From sequence record NC_031010.1: a stretch of DNA of 64,000 nucleotides; one strand, 5' to 3'. Made by a program: the position numbers and the translations under genes. Below are positions 9,800-19,125 of the stretch, one piece after another (within the stretch, counting starts at the first letter, position 1; every line of letters begins with the position of its first letter). The notes under the pieces are model-generated. The model was not told where the DNA came from and did not search any database. It saw only the letters and a list, made by a program, of their open reading frames with translations.

Positions 9800-11290
9800 A
9801 TGGCAGGTCCAGCTAACCAAGTAGTGGGTGAGGTAATCCGCCCTCGCTTTAACGTCTATACCATCATGGACCACGCTTTAGGTGGTTACGAACGCGGTTC
9901 GGATGGTCTGTATTACCTCAATGGTGGCTTTGCACACATCATGGGCTTCTCAGGTCGTGGTAACAGCTTTAAGAGTACGTTGCTCGACTTCTGTATCTTC
10001 CAAATAATGCTGCGCTACCGTGCAGCGTGGGGCTCTAAATACGACACCGAAGTTTCGGCGGCATTAGACCGTCTGGAAACCGGCTACCGTTCCGCCCAGC
10101 GTGCATCCGGTATCGAAGATGGCACCAGTGTGCTGTCCATGATTGACGAAGGTCGTTATAACTTCGTGGCGTCTGATATGTTGCCGGGTGAGCAGTATTA
10201 CTCCGAATACATCCGTAAAGAAATCGAGAAGCGCTTCGCCGATTACGTCAAGAAGAAAGACGTGCGTGAGTCGCCGTTCCCAGACCCGGTTCGTCGTCAG
10301 AACAAAATGATGCTCGACCCGTGGTTCTATACCATCGATTCCCTGTCTGAATTCCACACGTCTGATATCGAAGGCAAACACGCCAAGACCGACGTGGGTG
10401 ATTCCGATCAGAACATCCTGAACGCCCACGACTCCCTGCAGAAATCGAACATGATGGGACGTTGGCCATCTGGTCTGGCACGCGGTCACATGTACATGGG
10501 CTTCGTTGTGCATCTGGCCGATGACATGGGCGGAGCCATGAAGAACGGCGGTAAGCCGTCTGCGGATAAACTGCTGGACGATATCTCCGGCGAGTTGAAA
10601 TTCTCGAACGTTCCACGTCGTGCGATTTCCTTCTTAACGAACAGCCTGATTGTTGCCACCAAAACCGGTGAGCTGAAAGCAGACAGTTCGTACGATGCGA
10701 AAACCGCGACCAACGAACCGATGTACCCAACGGCCCGTAGCCGTACCATGAACTCGTCAGCCAATGACTTGAAACTGGTTCGCTACACGCAGTTCCGTGC
10801 CAAGGGTGGTCCAACCGGTGTTAAGTTTGAGCTTATCTTCTCGCAGTCGCTGGGCTTCTTCTATCACTTATCCCTGTGGCATTACATCTCTAAAACGCTG
10901 AGCACCGACTACGGTTACACCCGTACAGGCGCTAACTATGAGCTCCACATCTTACCGGGTGTTAAGTTCATGCGTACCACGATTCGCGACATGATTGATG
11001 AGAACCCGCGTCTGCGTCGTGCGTTAGAGATTACTGCGGCCATGGCTTACATGCGTAACAACTTCCACACGCTGGAACTGAAGTACGCTGATGTGACGCC
11101 TGACCTGTTGTACAAAGCCATTGCTGATAAAGGATGGGACTGGGACGAAATCATGGACAAGACAGTGGAATTCTGGATGTTCAAAGACCAAGAAGAGAAG
11201 GGCGGGAAACGCACGCTGACAGCTATGTCCTTACTGGCCATGGCAGTTGATGATGATTGTGTTCCTAAATTCCTGACTCGCAAAAAGTAA
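9800..11290 (+). CDS. uvsX: UvsX/RecA-like recombinase (phiKZ gp152-like)
   Basis: Walker A GRGNSFKST, Walker B-like YTIDSLS, RecA-fold C-terminal KGGPTG strand; size and position near the vRNAP beta-C gene. Confidence 0.75.
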   Translation: MAGPANQVVGEVIRPRFNVYTIMDHALGGYERGSDGLYYLNGGFAHIMGFSGRGNSFKSTLLDFCIFQIMLRYRAAWGSKYDTEVSAALDRLETGYRSAQRASGIEDGTSVLSMIDEGRYNFVASDMLPGEQYYSEYIRKEIEKRFADYVKKKDVRESPFPDPVRRQNKMMLDPWFYTIDSLSEFHTSDIEGKHAKTDVGDSDQNILNAHDSLQKSNMMGRWPSGLARGHMYMGFVVHLADDMGGAMKNGGKPSADKLLDDISGELKFSNVPRRAISFLTNSLIVATKTGELKADSSYDAKTATNEPMYPTARSRTMNSSANDLKLVRYTQFRAKGGPTGVKFELIFSQSLGFFYHLSLWHYISKTLSTDYGYTRTGANYELHILPGVKFMRTTIRDMIDENPRLRRALEITAAMAYMRNNFHTLELKYADVTPDLLYKAIADKGWDWDEIMDKTVEFWMFKDQEEKGGKRTLTAMSLLAMAVDDDCVPKFLTRKK

Positions 11291-11333
11291 CCCTACGCGG
11301 GGTGGCGTGTGCCACCCCGTATTGGAGGAAACG

Positions 11334-11630
11334 ATGCAGTATCAACGAGTCATTATTCAGCGCCTTGAACAGGGCTTGCGTGGCATTGATCCGAATGCTG
11401 CCGATGCTCTGGTTGCGCACTTTGCCGCACCTGCGGAATCACTCGGGACATTTTGTCCTCAGGTGGTTTCCTTTTACCAGAACTTACTGCGCGAACGTGG
11501 TATCCCGGATGTCTGGGGTTATCCGTCTGTGCCTGAAAACAACGAAGCCATCGCGTATTGGATTGAGGACTTAGAGAATACCGCTCTGCCTCACTTGCGT
11601 GTTGCCCGTCAGTTTCAAACTGCGTCATGA
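11334..11630 (+). CDS. Hypothetical protein
   Basis: GGAGG RBS, ATG 11334; ATGA overlap with the next gene. Confidence 0.65.
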   Translation: MQYQRVIIQRLEQGLRGIDPNAADALVAHFAAPAESLGTFCPQVVSFYQNLLRERGIPDVWGYPSVPENNEAIAYWIEDLENTALPHLRVARQFQTAS

Positions 11631-12298
11631 AGCTCAACCCAGTACGTCGCAAGGCGGCGGAGAAATTCATACTGGAATTGCTGAACCTGATTGACACCTC
11701 CGGCATCAATGCCAATGCCATGGCGAAAGCCTTTACGCGCATGACCGATGAAGAGTTTGCCACCATTCCGACCAAGGGTATCCCGATTTACAACCCGGCC
11801 GGTAGCAAAGTTCAAATCGACCACATGCGAAACGTAGAGATTGCCAAAGCGTTGGGCTTGGACATGAACCAGCGTATGTGGTTCACCGACTCCAAAACCG
11901 GGCTTAAGCACCGTACCCGACACCCCCACCTTTATTTCCCTGTGCCTGCTCGTCGTCAGACGCAGATGCAGGAGAAGAAGATGGCGGTGGCGAAGAACGA
12001 CAAAGTGCGTGACAAGCTTTCCGGACAGGTGGTTGGCCCATCCAAAGCCTCTGGGGTCTCTTTCCCCGAAGCGTACGTGATGTTTGCCGATGGTCTTGAT
12101 GAGACCCTGCAAGAGTTCCTGCACGCCCGTGGTGGTAACGATGCACTTCAACGTGCGTTCTACCAATCTATTCGCCAAACCGGCCAAGGTCGTATCCACA
12201 TTGAAGGGGCTGAGCGGACGAGTGCGAAAAGCACCCGAACGTGGAGTGCCTACTACAAACAGATGCACATTGGCAACAACCTCGGACGACCCCAATGA
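11627..12298 (+). CDS. Virion RNA polymerase beta subunit, C-terminal fragment (phiKZ gp149 / SPN3US gp218-like)
   Basis: Aligns by eye to the RpoB C-terminus: FTDSKTG ~ LYDGRTG, EKKMAV ~ DDKMHA, LSGQVVG ~ VTQQPLG, LQEFLHARGG ~ LQEMLTVKSD. Confidence 0.75.
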   Translation: MKLNPVRRKAAEKFILELLNLIDTSGINANAMAKAFTRMTDEEFATIPTKGIPIYNPAGSKVQIDHMRNVEIAKALGLDMNQRMWFTDSKTGLKHRTRHPHLYFPVPARRQTQMQEKKMAVAKNDKVRDKLSGQVVGPSKASGVSFPEAYVMFADGLDETLQEFLHARGGNDALQRAFYQSIRQTGQGRIHIEGAERTSAKSTRTWSAYYKQMHIGNNLGRPQ

Positions 12299-13023
12299 AA
12301 TTAACTCGCCGCATCTTAGCGGACATTGATGTGTTCTTTGATACACGACTGGGACATGTCAAGGCCACTCAGCCTGAAAAGCTCGCGCTCTTGGATGAGC
12401 AAGCTTACGTGAAGCGTTTTACGGAAGCATGGGCGGCGGTTATTGGTATTGAAGACTGGGCTACCTCGTACCGGTCACGAACTAAAGCGGCTTTGATGAA
12501 TGCAGAGCCGACGCCTTTGTTACATGTAATGAAGGATTACATCGAGCGGGAGCTGTTGACGATTGCACTCTCCTCGCCGATAGAGAAACCTGAACTCACG
12601 ATTAACCTTTGGCCGTACACGGACTTAACCGAGAGCGAACGTCAAGCGTTCTTGGACATGTTCCGTAAGTTCTACAGCAGCGTCAAAGTCACACTCGTGT
12701 GCGAAAGCTATACGCGCCTAACACCAGGGCGTTTACGTGCGGCATGGGATGCGTGGTATACGTACGATTGGTTCTTGTGGATTCGACAGAACGTTAGTGA
12801 ATTCCAGACCTCGCGTATTCCGGATTTCGTGATTAACCGTCCGAGCCTCTTAACCGATGAGCTCACCGAAGAGACGGTAGCCACAATAAAAAAAGACCGA
12901 GCCAACCCCTTTGTGGAGTCGACCCGGTTTATGGCGGAATACGTCACGTTAGACGTATTTGATACAGCGCTGTTTAGTCGTCGTCCTCATCAATTGGACG
13001 CTGAGAAAACGCCGTCCGCATGA
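12295..13023 (+). CDS. Conserved jumbo-phage hypothetical protein (HAD-like DxD N-terminus)
   Basis: ILADIDVFFDTRLG N-terminal motif; ATGA overlap with the upstream gene. Confidence 0.55.
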   Translation: MKLTRRILADIDVFFDTRLGHVKATQPEKLALLDEQAYVKRFTEAWAAVIGIEDWATSYRSRTKAALMNAEPTPLLHVMKDYIERELLTIALSSPIEKPELTINLWPYTDLTESERQAFLDMFRKFYSSVKVTLVCESYTRLTPGRLRAAWDAWYTYDWFLWIRQNVSEFQTSRIPDFVINRPSLLTDELTEETVATIKKDRANPFVESTRFMAEYVTLDVFDTALFSRRPHQLDAEKTPSA

Positions 13024-13462
13024 TTGCCTCGACGTCCACTTGTGAGCCGACCGGTGACAGTTCTCCGTCTTTGTGTGCCACACTTGGCAGCACAGGGATT
13101 ACAGGACGGTAACCGGTATCGCCGCCGGGGGCGTCGTGGCGCTGTATTTTTGCACCTGCTTTACCTGTGACCCACTGGTTCAGGGTGTTCGCCACATCGC
13201 TGCTGATTTCGTTGGCCTTCTGTGCTGTGGCAATACGGCGCATGGTCAGGATTTGTTTGTCCATCCCGTCCGCCAATTTTGCCAGCGAGTTGACCGCCTT
13301 GGGATCAGTACCCAAGTCTTTGATGTTCATTACCTGATTCAACGCAAACATACGCGCCAGTTGTGTAAAGCGGAGCGCATCGTCCTCGTTAGTAATGTCA
13401 CCATTAAAGCCGACAATCACCTCGGCAGGGGTTTCTTCTCCGCTCATCGCGTACCTCTTCAA
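12974..13462 (-). CDS. Hypothetical protein
   Basis: 162-aa ORF with GAGG RBS; overlaps the convergent gene by 50 nt. Confidence 0.6.
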   Translation of the reverse strand: MKRYAMSGEETPAEVIVGFNGDITNEDDALRFTQLARMFALNQVMNIKDLGTDPKAVNSLAKLADGMDKQILTMRRIATAQKANEISSDVANTLNQWVTGKAGAKIQRHDAPGGDTGYRPVIPVLPSVAHKDGELSPVGSQVDVEAIMRTAFSQRPIDEDDD

Positions 13463-13472
13463 TCAGGTTTCA

Positions 13473-13500
13473 GATAGATGTTATCAAAGTGAGATATATC
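13473..13500 (+). promoter_or_regulatory. Putative early promoter, class A
   Basis: GATAGATGTTAT-caaa-GTG (one mismatch to consensus). Confidence 0.5.
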
Positions 13501-13534
13501 ACACTGAGGTAATTATGTTTTAGGAAAATTGACC

Positions 13535-14059
13535 ATGTTAAACTGGCTTTCGCGTGTTATTAAATCAAAGGCTTTTAAACGCCGCAGAAGCATGTTAGAG
13601 GCCGAGTACCATAAGAATACCCCTAACAGGCTGAACCGGGTACTGATAGGCTTAGAATTGCTTACAGCCCCGCTTGAGTATAATGGCAATGCGTACCTGC
13701 CGCTGTCGCTGCAAGGTACCCTTGACATGCGTACTCAAACCATGGACATCCTCACGGCCCGCCTTGAGTTCTTGTACATGGAGTATAACCGTGTGTTGGC
13801 GTCACCGGGGTCATACCCGGAATGGTCTACCCTGCCGTCGAGCTTGTCAAAGAAACTTGACACCGATGAACAGAAATGGCTCGATGATTATTTTCAGACA
13901 GCACGTGAAGACGTGGTGCGTGAGAAACTCATTCGGCCGTGGGTAATCCTCACCTCGTTCAAAGAGAATGAAAGTGAGAGCCCAGAACGGGATGTGTTTT
14001 TGAACCAAACATCACACATCCTGCGCGAGTTAGAAACCATAGTGGAACACTATCTCTAA
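13535..14059 (+). CDS. Hypothetical protein
   Basis: AGGA RBS; about 174 aa. Confidence 0.65.
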   Translation: MLNWLSRVIKSKAFKRRRSMLEAEYHKNTPNRLNRVLIGLELLTAPLEYNGNAYLPLSLQGTLDMRTQTMDILTARLEFLYMEYNRVLASPGSYPEWSTLPSSLSKKLDTDEQKWLDDYFQTAREDVVREKLIRPWVILTSFKENESESPERDVFLNQTSHILRELETIVEHYL

Positions 14060-14093
14060 CTTAATCCATCCGCTCCTTGGAACAAGGTGTAAA

Positions 14094-14921
14094 ATGGGAA
14101 AGATATCAGACTTTATCCTTAACGGGCCACCGGAAGATACCCCTGCGGGTGTTGAGCTTCGGTCGGCTTACTGGAAGCTTGTTAACCTTATGCCGATATC
14201 CCATTCGGACTGGAAGATACTCGCACAGCAATACGTCGAGAGTCCCCAGTACGTTGGGAAGTCAACCGCTGAACCCCGCGAACGTTTAGGTCGACTGGCG
14301 AATGCCTTGTCGGGCGGTAACGTCAAAGGGCTGAGTGTTGACTTTACGTGGAAACGTTTCATCGAAGGCCTGGTGCTGGTTAATGTGGAAACACTGACCA
14401 TGTCCATCAAAACCTACCGGGGACGTTTCGAAGACGCACGACTGGCCAAAGGTTACTGTCATCCGCAACGTGACTTATTACGCACTCTTAACGGTGAAGA
14501 TGATGAGGACTTGCGAGGCAGCGCTTCTGATGCGTTGAACCTTTACTTTCAGAACACGCAACAGACCGCTGAGCAGGTCATGGAGCATATTCTGTTAAAG
14601 GTCTTGTGGTCGTTGTTCGCCGCGTACGGCATCACGGAGTCGCAGTGGCGACAGCTCGTGGCCAAGTACGTGAACAACCCACAGAACTGTCCACAGATTA
14701 CCAGCCGACGAAGTGACCGTCGGCATAACCTGCAACAGTCTATTCGCCACACCAAGAAGCTCAGCTGGAAACGTTTCTTAGAAGCGCTGAAAGCTATCGA
14801 TGTGCGGAAGTTCGAATGCACATTCTTAACCCACGTACCGGGACAACCGGATGTGGAAGTTTACTTCGAGGTTGACATCACCACACTGTCTTTCAGGAGT
14901 AATAAGAATGAACCCGAGTGA
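14094..14921 (+). CDS. Hypothetical protein with an internal two-domain duplication
   Basis: Repeated W..L...YV..PQ ... (T/S)WKRF.E.L....V units. Confidence 0.65.
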   Translation: MGKISDFILNGPPEDTPAGVELRSAYWKLVNLMPISHSDWKILAQQYVESPQYVGKSTAEPRERLGRLANALSGGNVKGLSVDFTWKRFIEGLVLVNVETLTMSIKTYRGRFEDARLAKGYCHPQRDLLRTLNGEDDEDLRGSASDALNLYFQNTQQTAEQVMEHILLKVLWSLFAAYGITESQWRQLVAKYVNNPQNCPQITSRRSDRRHNLQQSIRHTKKLSWKRFLEALKAIDVRKFECTFLTHVPGQPDVEVYFEVDITTLSFRSNKNEPE

Positions 14922-16248
14922 TTCGAGTTTAACGGGGCGGATCTCCAAAGTGCAATCCGCCGCCACCGATCGTGTCAATCAGGTGGGCAACGCTGTGGAC
15001 CGTGCACAGCAGGGTGCTCAGCAAGCGGTCTCCCGCGTAACTAATGCCGTTGACAGTGCCGAACGTGGCATTAAGAATGCGGCCGACACAGCGACTGGAC
15101 TTTATGACAAAGCAGGCGAAACGTTTAATAAACTCAGCGATGGGGCATCGACACTGGGGTCGAAAATCGGCAATCTCTTTGGCGGTGGGGACATCGCTAG
15201 CACTGGCGGGACTAAGACCGCCGGGTCTGGACCCAGTGGTGCATCTCCGGGAAATAAAATCCCCGGATTCGCATCTGACCCGAAGAAAGTCCTCCCCAGT
15301 ATTGACCCGTTAAAGCGTGAAGTCGAAAAGCCGTTTGAGGCGGCGAATAGCCAGGCGAAGAGTGCTCTGGATTACCTTAAACCCAGCAAAATCTCCAGCT
15401 TGCTTGGTGAAGGCTTTAGCACCCTTACCACCTTGCGTGATAAAGGATTGGCGGCAGTCGGCACCGACTACGCGTCAGTGAAATCCCGCATTGAACAAAC
15501 CATGAACATGGCCGGTCAAATCTCACGTCTCCCCGGAGAAGTGCAGCAAGAGATTAACGGCTACGTGAGTGATTTCAATCAGGCGAAGTATCAGGTGCAG
15601 TCCGTTGTCGATGGTGCCAAGCAGACGTTCAACTCCTACAAGGACTTGGATGACTATCTGGCGATTGACAACTTCATCAACAGCTTCAAAAGCTCGAGCT
15701 CAGATTCCGGCTACGGCGGTTCGTATTCCGTACGGGACGTGGGCACGACCACGGCATTGGTGTATGGCTTGTCCAGTAAACTGGCGACCTACAACTTGCC
15801 GCAGAAGATCACCCCAATGGTTGAGTCCATTGCAGACCCTGCGATTCAGGCACAGATGTACCGTGAACTAACGGTGCAGTCCTCAGCCTTGGGCAGTCTG
15901 ACCTCGGTGGAATTCTACGTCTCGAAACTCACCGAGAGTGACAAGGCGTTGATTTCTGCAGAAGTGATTGTGAATCTGTTGATGAATCTACAGACAGAAA
16001 CCAACCCACCGTTTAAGAGTTACGGTACCCGGTTACTGTCCCTATTCACCGCATTGGATAGCCGCTGGGATAAATCTGATGTGGTTGGCCAAACGGATTC
16101 GATTGAGCTCTACCCGTACACCTTCTGTAACGTGAATGCTATTCAGTCGTTGTTGACCACTGAGAAGCGTCCGTTTGTGTGTGCAGCCGGTGACCTCAGT
16201 TACCAACGTGCCGACACATTAGTTAACCGCTTCTTTCCTGTCTTTTAG
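14908..16248 (+). CDS. Putative virion structural protein
   Basis: Low-complexity A/Q/G/S-rich amphipathic N-terminal half plus a globular C-terminus; ATG 14908 after AGGAG. Confidence 0.5.
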   Translation: MNPSDSSLTGRISKVQSAATDRVNQVGNAVDRAQQGAQQAVSRVTNAVDSAERGIKNAADTATGLYDKAGETFNKLSDGASTLGSKIGNLFGGGDIASTGGTKTAGSGPSGASPGNKIPGFASDPKKVLPSIDPLKREVEKPFEAANSQAKSALDYLKPSKISSLLGEGFSTLTTLRDKGLAAVGTDYASVKSRIEQTMNMAGQISRLPGEVQQEINGYVSDFNQAKYQVQSVVDGAKQTFNSYKDLDDYLAIDNFINSFKSSSSDSGYGGSYSVRDVGTTTALVYGLSSKLATYNLPQKITPMVESIADPAIQAQMYRELTVQSSALGSLTSVEFYVSKLTESDKALISAEVIVNLLMNLQTETNPPFKSYGTRLLSLFTALDSRWDKSDVVGQTDSIELYPYTFCNVNAIQSLLTTEKRPFVCAAGDLSYQRADTLVNRFFPVF

Positions 16249-16257
16249 GATACGTAG

Positions 16258-17298
16258 ATGACCAAACCTGTAGACTTCGACGACCCTCAGGCAAAAGCTG
16301 TGCTGCGTGACCTCATCCTTGAGATAAGCGCGATACAGAACCTGACCGGGGACGATAGTGTACCGCGGTTGCTGAAACGGCTATACCACGATCAGCTCTG
16401 CGGTGTAAATCCAGCGGTTTTCGATACCAGCCTGCATGTGGCGGAACGCATCGGGGCGTACCTGATTGGTGCGAACGACGCCCGCTTTGGGGTGGCGATG
16501 GCAAACCGCTACGGCTTTATGTTAGGGCCGGAAGCTGCACACCGTTATGACGTAATGAAATTCCCGGGCGATATTCGTCTGGACTTAATCGGTGAAGTGC
16601 GGGATGACTTTATTCGTTACCTGCGCAACATCGGGGGCGTCCCTAAGAACACCGCCATCACCGTGCCGATGGACGGGGTGAATCACCTCAACATCTATTC
16701 GCGCAGTCGGGTGGTGTTGGGTCGCAAAATCAGTAACTTCTGGCAAGACGAACAACCCTTCCGCACGCAGCACGGGGAGTTCGCCACCCTCGAAGGGTAT
16801 TACCACGTACTGCGGTTGATTGACTACGCCTACACTCAGCACGACCTTGCGTACAGCGTTGAGAGTGACATGTATCTCTTGGACGTCTTGATTCGCCGTT
16901 ACCCGGGCATCCATCGACTCATCCACATGGACGGGTTGGAAGCCATTGCGTACGGCCGCAAGATAAAGTCGGAAGTGTATGGCGGCACTGCGTATAAACC
17001 GGGGGCGTTCTCACCCCACATCGAACGTTGCTTTGTTTGGGCCATGGCGGGTAAGTTCCATCAGGTCAAAATGGGCGACGGGACACCGTGTGGTGTGCGG
17101 GTTGCTGAATTGGTTCACGCCCACGTACCGCTGCTGCACTATTATGTGAAACACGACGGCCCTAAAACGCCGGCGTTTGCAGAATGGTTGCCAAACATCT
17201 GCCAATGGTTAGGGGAAAATATCGACCCGTTCGATAACGACTTTGACGTGGCGGCTTTACAGCAGAAGGTACTGAGCGAATATGAGCCGATTGGGTAA
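16258..17298 (+). CDS. NADAR-like domain protein (T4 gp30.3-like) with an N-terminal extension
   Basis: IYSRS..LG.KISNF....F....GEFATLEG and L..MDGLEA...GR match the T4 gp30.3 pattern (IRSNF..ALSNF....F..DG..F..LEG; LSGLAAQQAGR). Confidence 0.55.
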   Translation: MTKPVDFDDPQAKAVLRDLILEISAIQNLTGDDSVPRLLKRLYHDQLCGVNPAVFDTSLHVAERIGAYLIGANDARFGVAMANRYGFMLGPEAAHRYDVMKFPGDIRLDLIGEVRDDFIRYLRNIGGVPKNTAITVPMDGVNHLNIYSRSRVVLGRKISNFWQDEQPFRTQHGEFATLEGYYHVLRLIDYAYTQHDLAYSVESDMYLLDVLIRRYPGIHRLIHMDGLEAIAYGRKIKSEVYGGTAYKPGAFSPHIERCFVWAMAGKFHQVKMGDGTPCGVRVAELVHAHVPLLHYYVKHDGPKTPAFAEWLPNICQWLGENIDPFDNDFDVAALQQKVLSEYEPIG

Positions 17299-17944
17299 TA
17301 TCCTTGCCGGGATGGAGCGTGACAAAGAGGAGGGAATTCTCAAGGTCGCGCGTGAATCCGTCTCGGTTGAAAAGGAGCGGGAGTATTGCATGTGGGTGCG
17401 TCCAACCGAAGAAGGTTGGGCGTGGTTACAAGCACAGGCAGGTGAGTATCACCTTGACGTGATGATGCCTATGTTGGGGGGTCGTCGTCGGGTTCGTGTC
17501 CATGCGGACAAAGCGGAACTGACGGTGAAGACTTTCCAAGGGCAGGAGCGCGAAGAGGAGAACTCTGACATCGGGATGAAAAGCGCACTGTCGTTTTACG
17601 GGGACGATTATCTAACGCACCTCGTGAAGCGCGTGACAATTGACCCAACCGATGAGGTCAAAGCGAGCGGTGGCAAGCATTGGGACATTGATGTCTTCTA
17701 TGTGAGCCAAGGCCATCCTGAAATCCCGGACGTGGAGGCACTGAAGGCGCTGTTTGACACAGTGGCCCAAGGCACCTCGTTCGGTGACTGGGTGAAAGTT
17801 GAACTCGAGGTTGAGCGGTTTGAAATGGAAAGCATCGCGGACGTTATCCCGTTTGCGGTTGCTGAAGCAGTACCGTCCAAGCCGTCTTCGCCAGATTTGC
17901 AGGAGTTCCTGCGGTATTATTGGGATGCAGTAACTCGCTTATAA
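17282..17944 (+). CDS. CYTH / triphosphate tunnel metalloenzyme domain protein
   Basis: EKEREY (ExExK-like), RVRV...ELTVKT, WDIDVF and KVELEVE motifs. Confidence 0.65.
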   Translation: MSRLGNILAGMERDKEEGILKVARESVSVEKEREYCMWVRPTEEGWAWLQAQAGEYHLDVMMPMLGGRRRVRVHADKAELTVKTFQGQEREEENSDIGMKSALSFYGDDYLTHLVKRVTIDPTDEVKASGGKHWDIDVFYVSQGHPEIPDVEALKALFDTVAQGTSFGDWVKVELEVERFEMESIADVIPFAVAEAVPSKPSSPDLQEFLRYYWDAVTRL

Positions 17945-17950
17945 CGAGTA

Positions 17951-17990
17951 GCCCTTACTGACTTCGGTCGGTAGGGGCCGCTTTAATTGT
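17951..17990 (+). terminator. Intrinsic terminator
   Basis: GCCCTTACTGAC-TTCG-GTCGGTAGGGGC hairpin followed by a T-rich tail. Confidence 0.7.
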
Positions 17991-18011
17991 TTTGCTGTAA
18001 AGGGGCTACGA

Positions 18012-18665
18012 ATGGCTAGAGATTTACGAACCTATAGTAGCTATCGACAGATGCTGAATAGGTGCTTAAACACAAACAACCACAACTATTATTTGTACGG
18101 CGGGCGTGGGATTAAGATCTGCGACCGTTGGTTAGAATCCTATTCCAACTTTTTGGAGGACATGGGGATTAGACCTGAAGGAATGACTCTAGATAGAAAG
18201 GACAATGATGGCGATTACTGCTTAGATAACTGCAAGTGGTCTACCCATGTCGAACAGTGTTATAATCGGGCCTCTTCGCACTGGCTGATTTTCCACTATG
18301 ACAATCACCATCAATATACCGATGCGGAACTGATAAACTATTCAGCTTTGCCGGAACTGAACGGTTTGATAGAAGAACTACAGGCCACATACCCCCTTTC
18401 TCGAATCAAAGGTGGCGTTAAGTTCATCAGCAATTTGAGTGGGGTTGCCACCTTTGTTTTACTTAAAGAGTTATCAGACAAAGACCTGCCTATTGGTACT
18501 AAAGTCAATCAGTTGACGTTGGTGAAGCCGATTGAAGTAGGGGTAAAAAACCTTATTGTTTATGAATGGCGATGTGATTGCGGTAACACCGTTACTGGCA
18601 AGTGTCATCATGTGGTCAATGGCGATCGGAAGTCCTGCGGGTGCCATCGTCAAACCCGGCTTTAA
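18012..18665 (+). CDS. HNH homing endonuclease-like protein
   Basis: Y..ML.RC.N.....Y..YGGRGIKIC.RW...F..DMG.RP.G.TLDR.DNDG.Y...NCKW motif; C-terminal WRCDCGN...KSCGC module. Confidence 0.8.
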   Translation: MARDLRTYSSYRQMLNRCLNTNNHNYYLYGGRGIKICDRWLESYSNFLEDMGIRPEGMTLDRKDNDGDYCLDNCKWSTHVEQCYNRASSHWLIFHYDNHHQYTDAELINYSALPELNGLIEELQATYPLSRIKGGVKFISNLSGVATFVLLKELSDKDLPIGTKVNQLTLVKPIEVGVKNLIVYEWRCDCGNTVTGKCHHVVNGDRKSCGCHRQTRL

Positions 18666-18669
18666 GATA

Positions 18670-18702
18670 GTCCCCTACTTCGGTAGGGGATTCTTTATTT
18701 TA
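18670..18702 (+). terminator. Intrinsic terminator
   Basis: TCCCCTAC-TTCG-GTAGGGGA plus T-tract; 20 nt identical to 46291-46310. Confidence 0.8.
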
Positions 18703-18723
18703 TTCACACCAAGGAAAACCCCC

Positions 18724-19029
18724 ATGAAAGTTGAAGTGCATGCAACCAAGAACGGTATTGAAGTCGTGTGTCCGACGTCCCGCAAGAACGTCTTTGTGGC
18801 CATCGACAGCGGCTGGACAAGCTGGTACAAAGAACTCCAGTCAGAGCTGAATTGTGCTAAGACGCACCACGCGGTTTTTATGCTCCCCGAACGCACCCAG
18901 CTGCGGGTTATGGTCTATATTGCCAAAGACCGGATACCGCGGGTTTCGACTACCCTCCTCGCCAACGCAGTCGGTATGTTTCTGGCCGAGCACGGCGACG
19001 AGAATACCCGACTTACCATTATCGAGTAA
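18724..19029 (+). CDS. Hypothetical protein
   Basis: AAGGA RBS, ATG 18724; 101 aa. Confidence 0.65.
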   Translation: MKVEVHATKNGIEVVCPTSRKNVFVAIDSGWTSWYKELQSELNCAKTHHAVFMLPERTQLRVMVYIAKDRIPRVSTTLLANAVGMFLAEHGDENTRLTIIE

Positions 19030-19033
19030 AAGA

Positions 19034-19070
19034 CAGGCCGCCGTAGGGTGGCCTTCTTTTTTTTATTTTT
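19034..19070 (+). terminator. Intrinsic terminator
   Basis: AGGCCGCC-GTA-GGGTGGCCT hairpin plus a long T-tract. Confidence 0.7.
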
Positions 19071-19092
19071 ACAAGTGAGGCCTCTGTTATGT
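19067..19092 (+). promoter_or_regulatory. Putative promoter, class B
   Basis: TTTTAC 19067-19072, N16, ATGT 19089-19092. Confidence 0.55.
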
Positions 19093-19125
19093 CGAAATCC
19101 CCCATTTTAAGTAACGGACGTTATA

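Noticed and set aside
12974-13023. 50-nt overlap of convergent genes with no terminator
   Set aside because: Short 3' overlaps are common in compact phage genomes; nothing points to antisense regulation.
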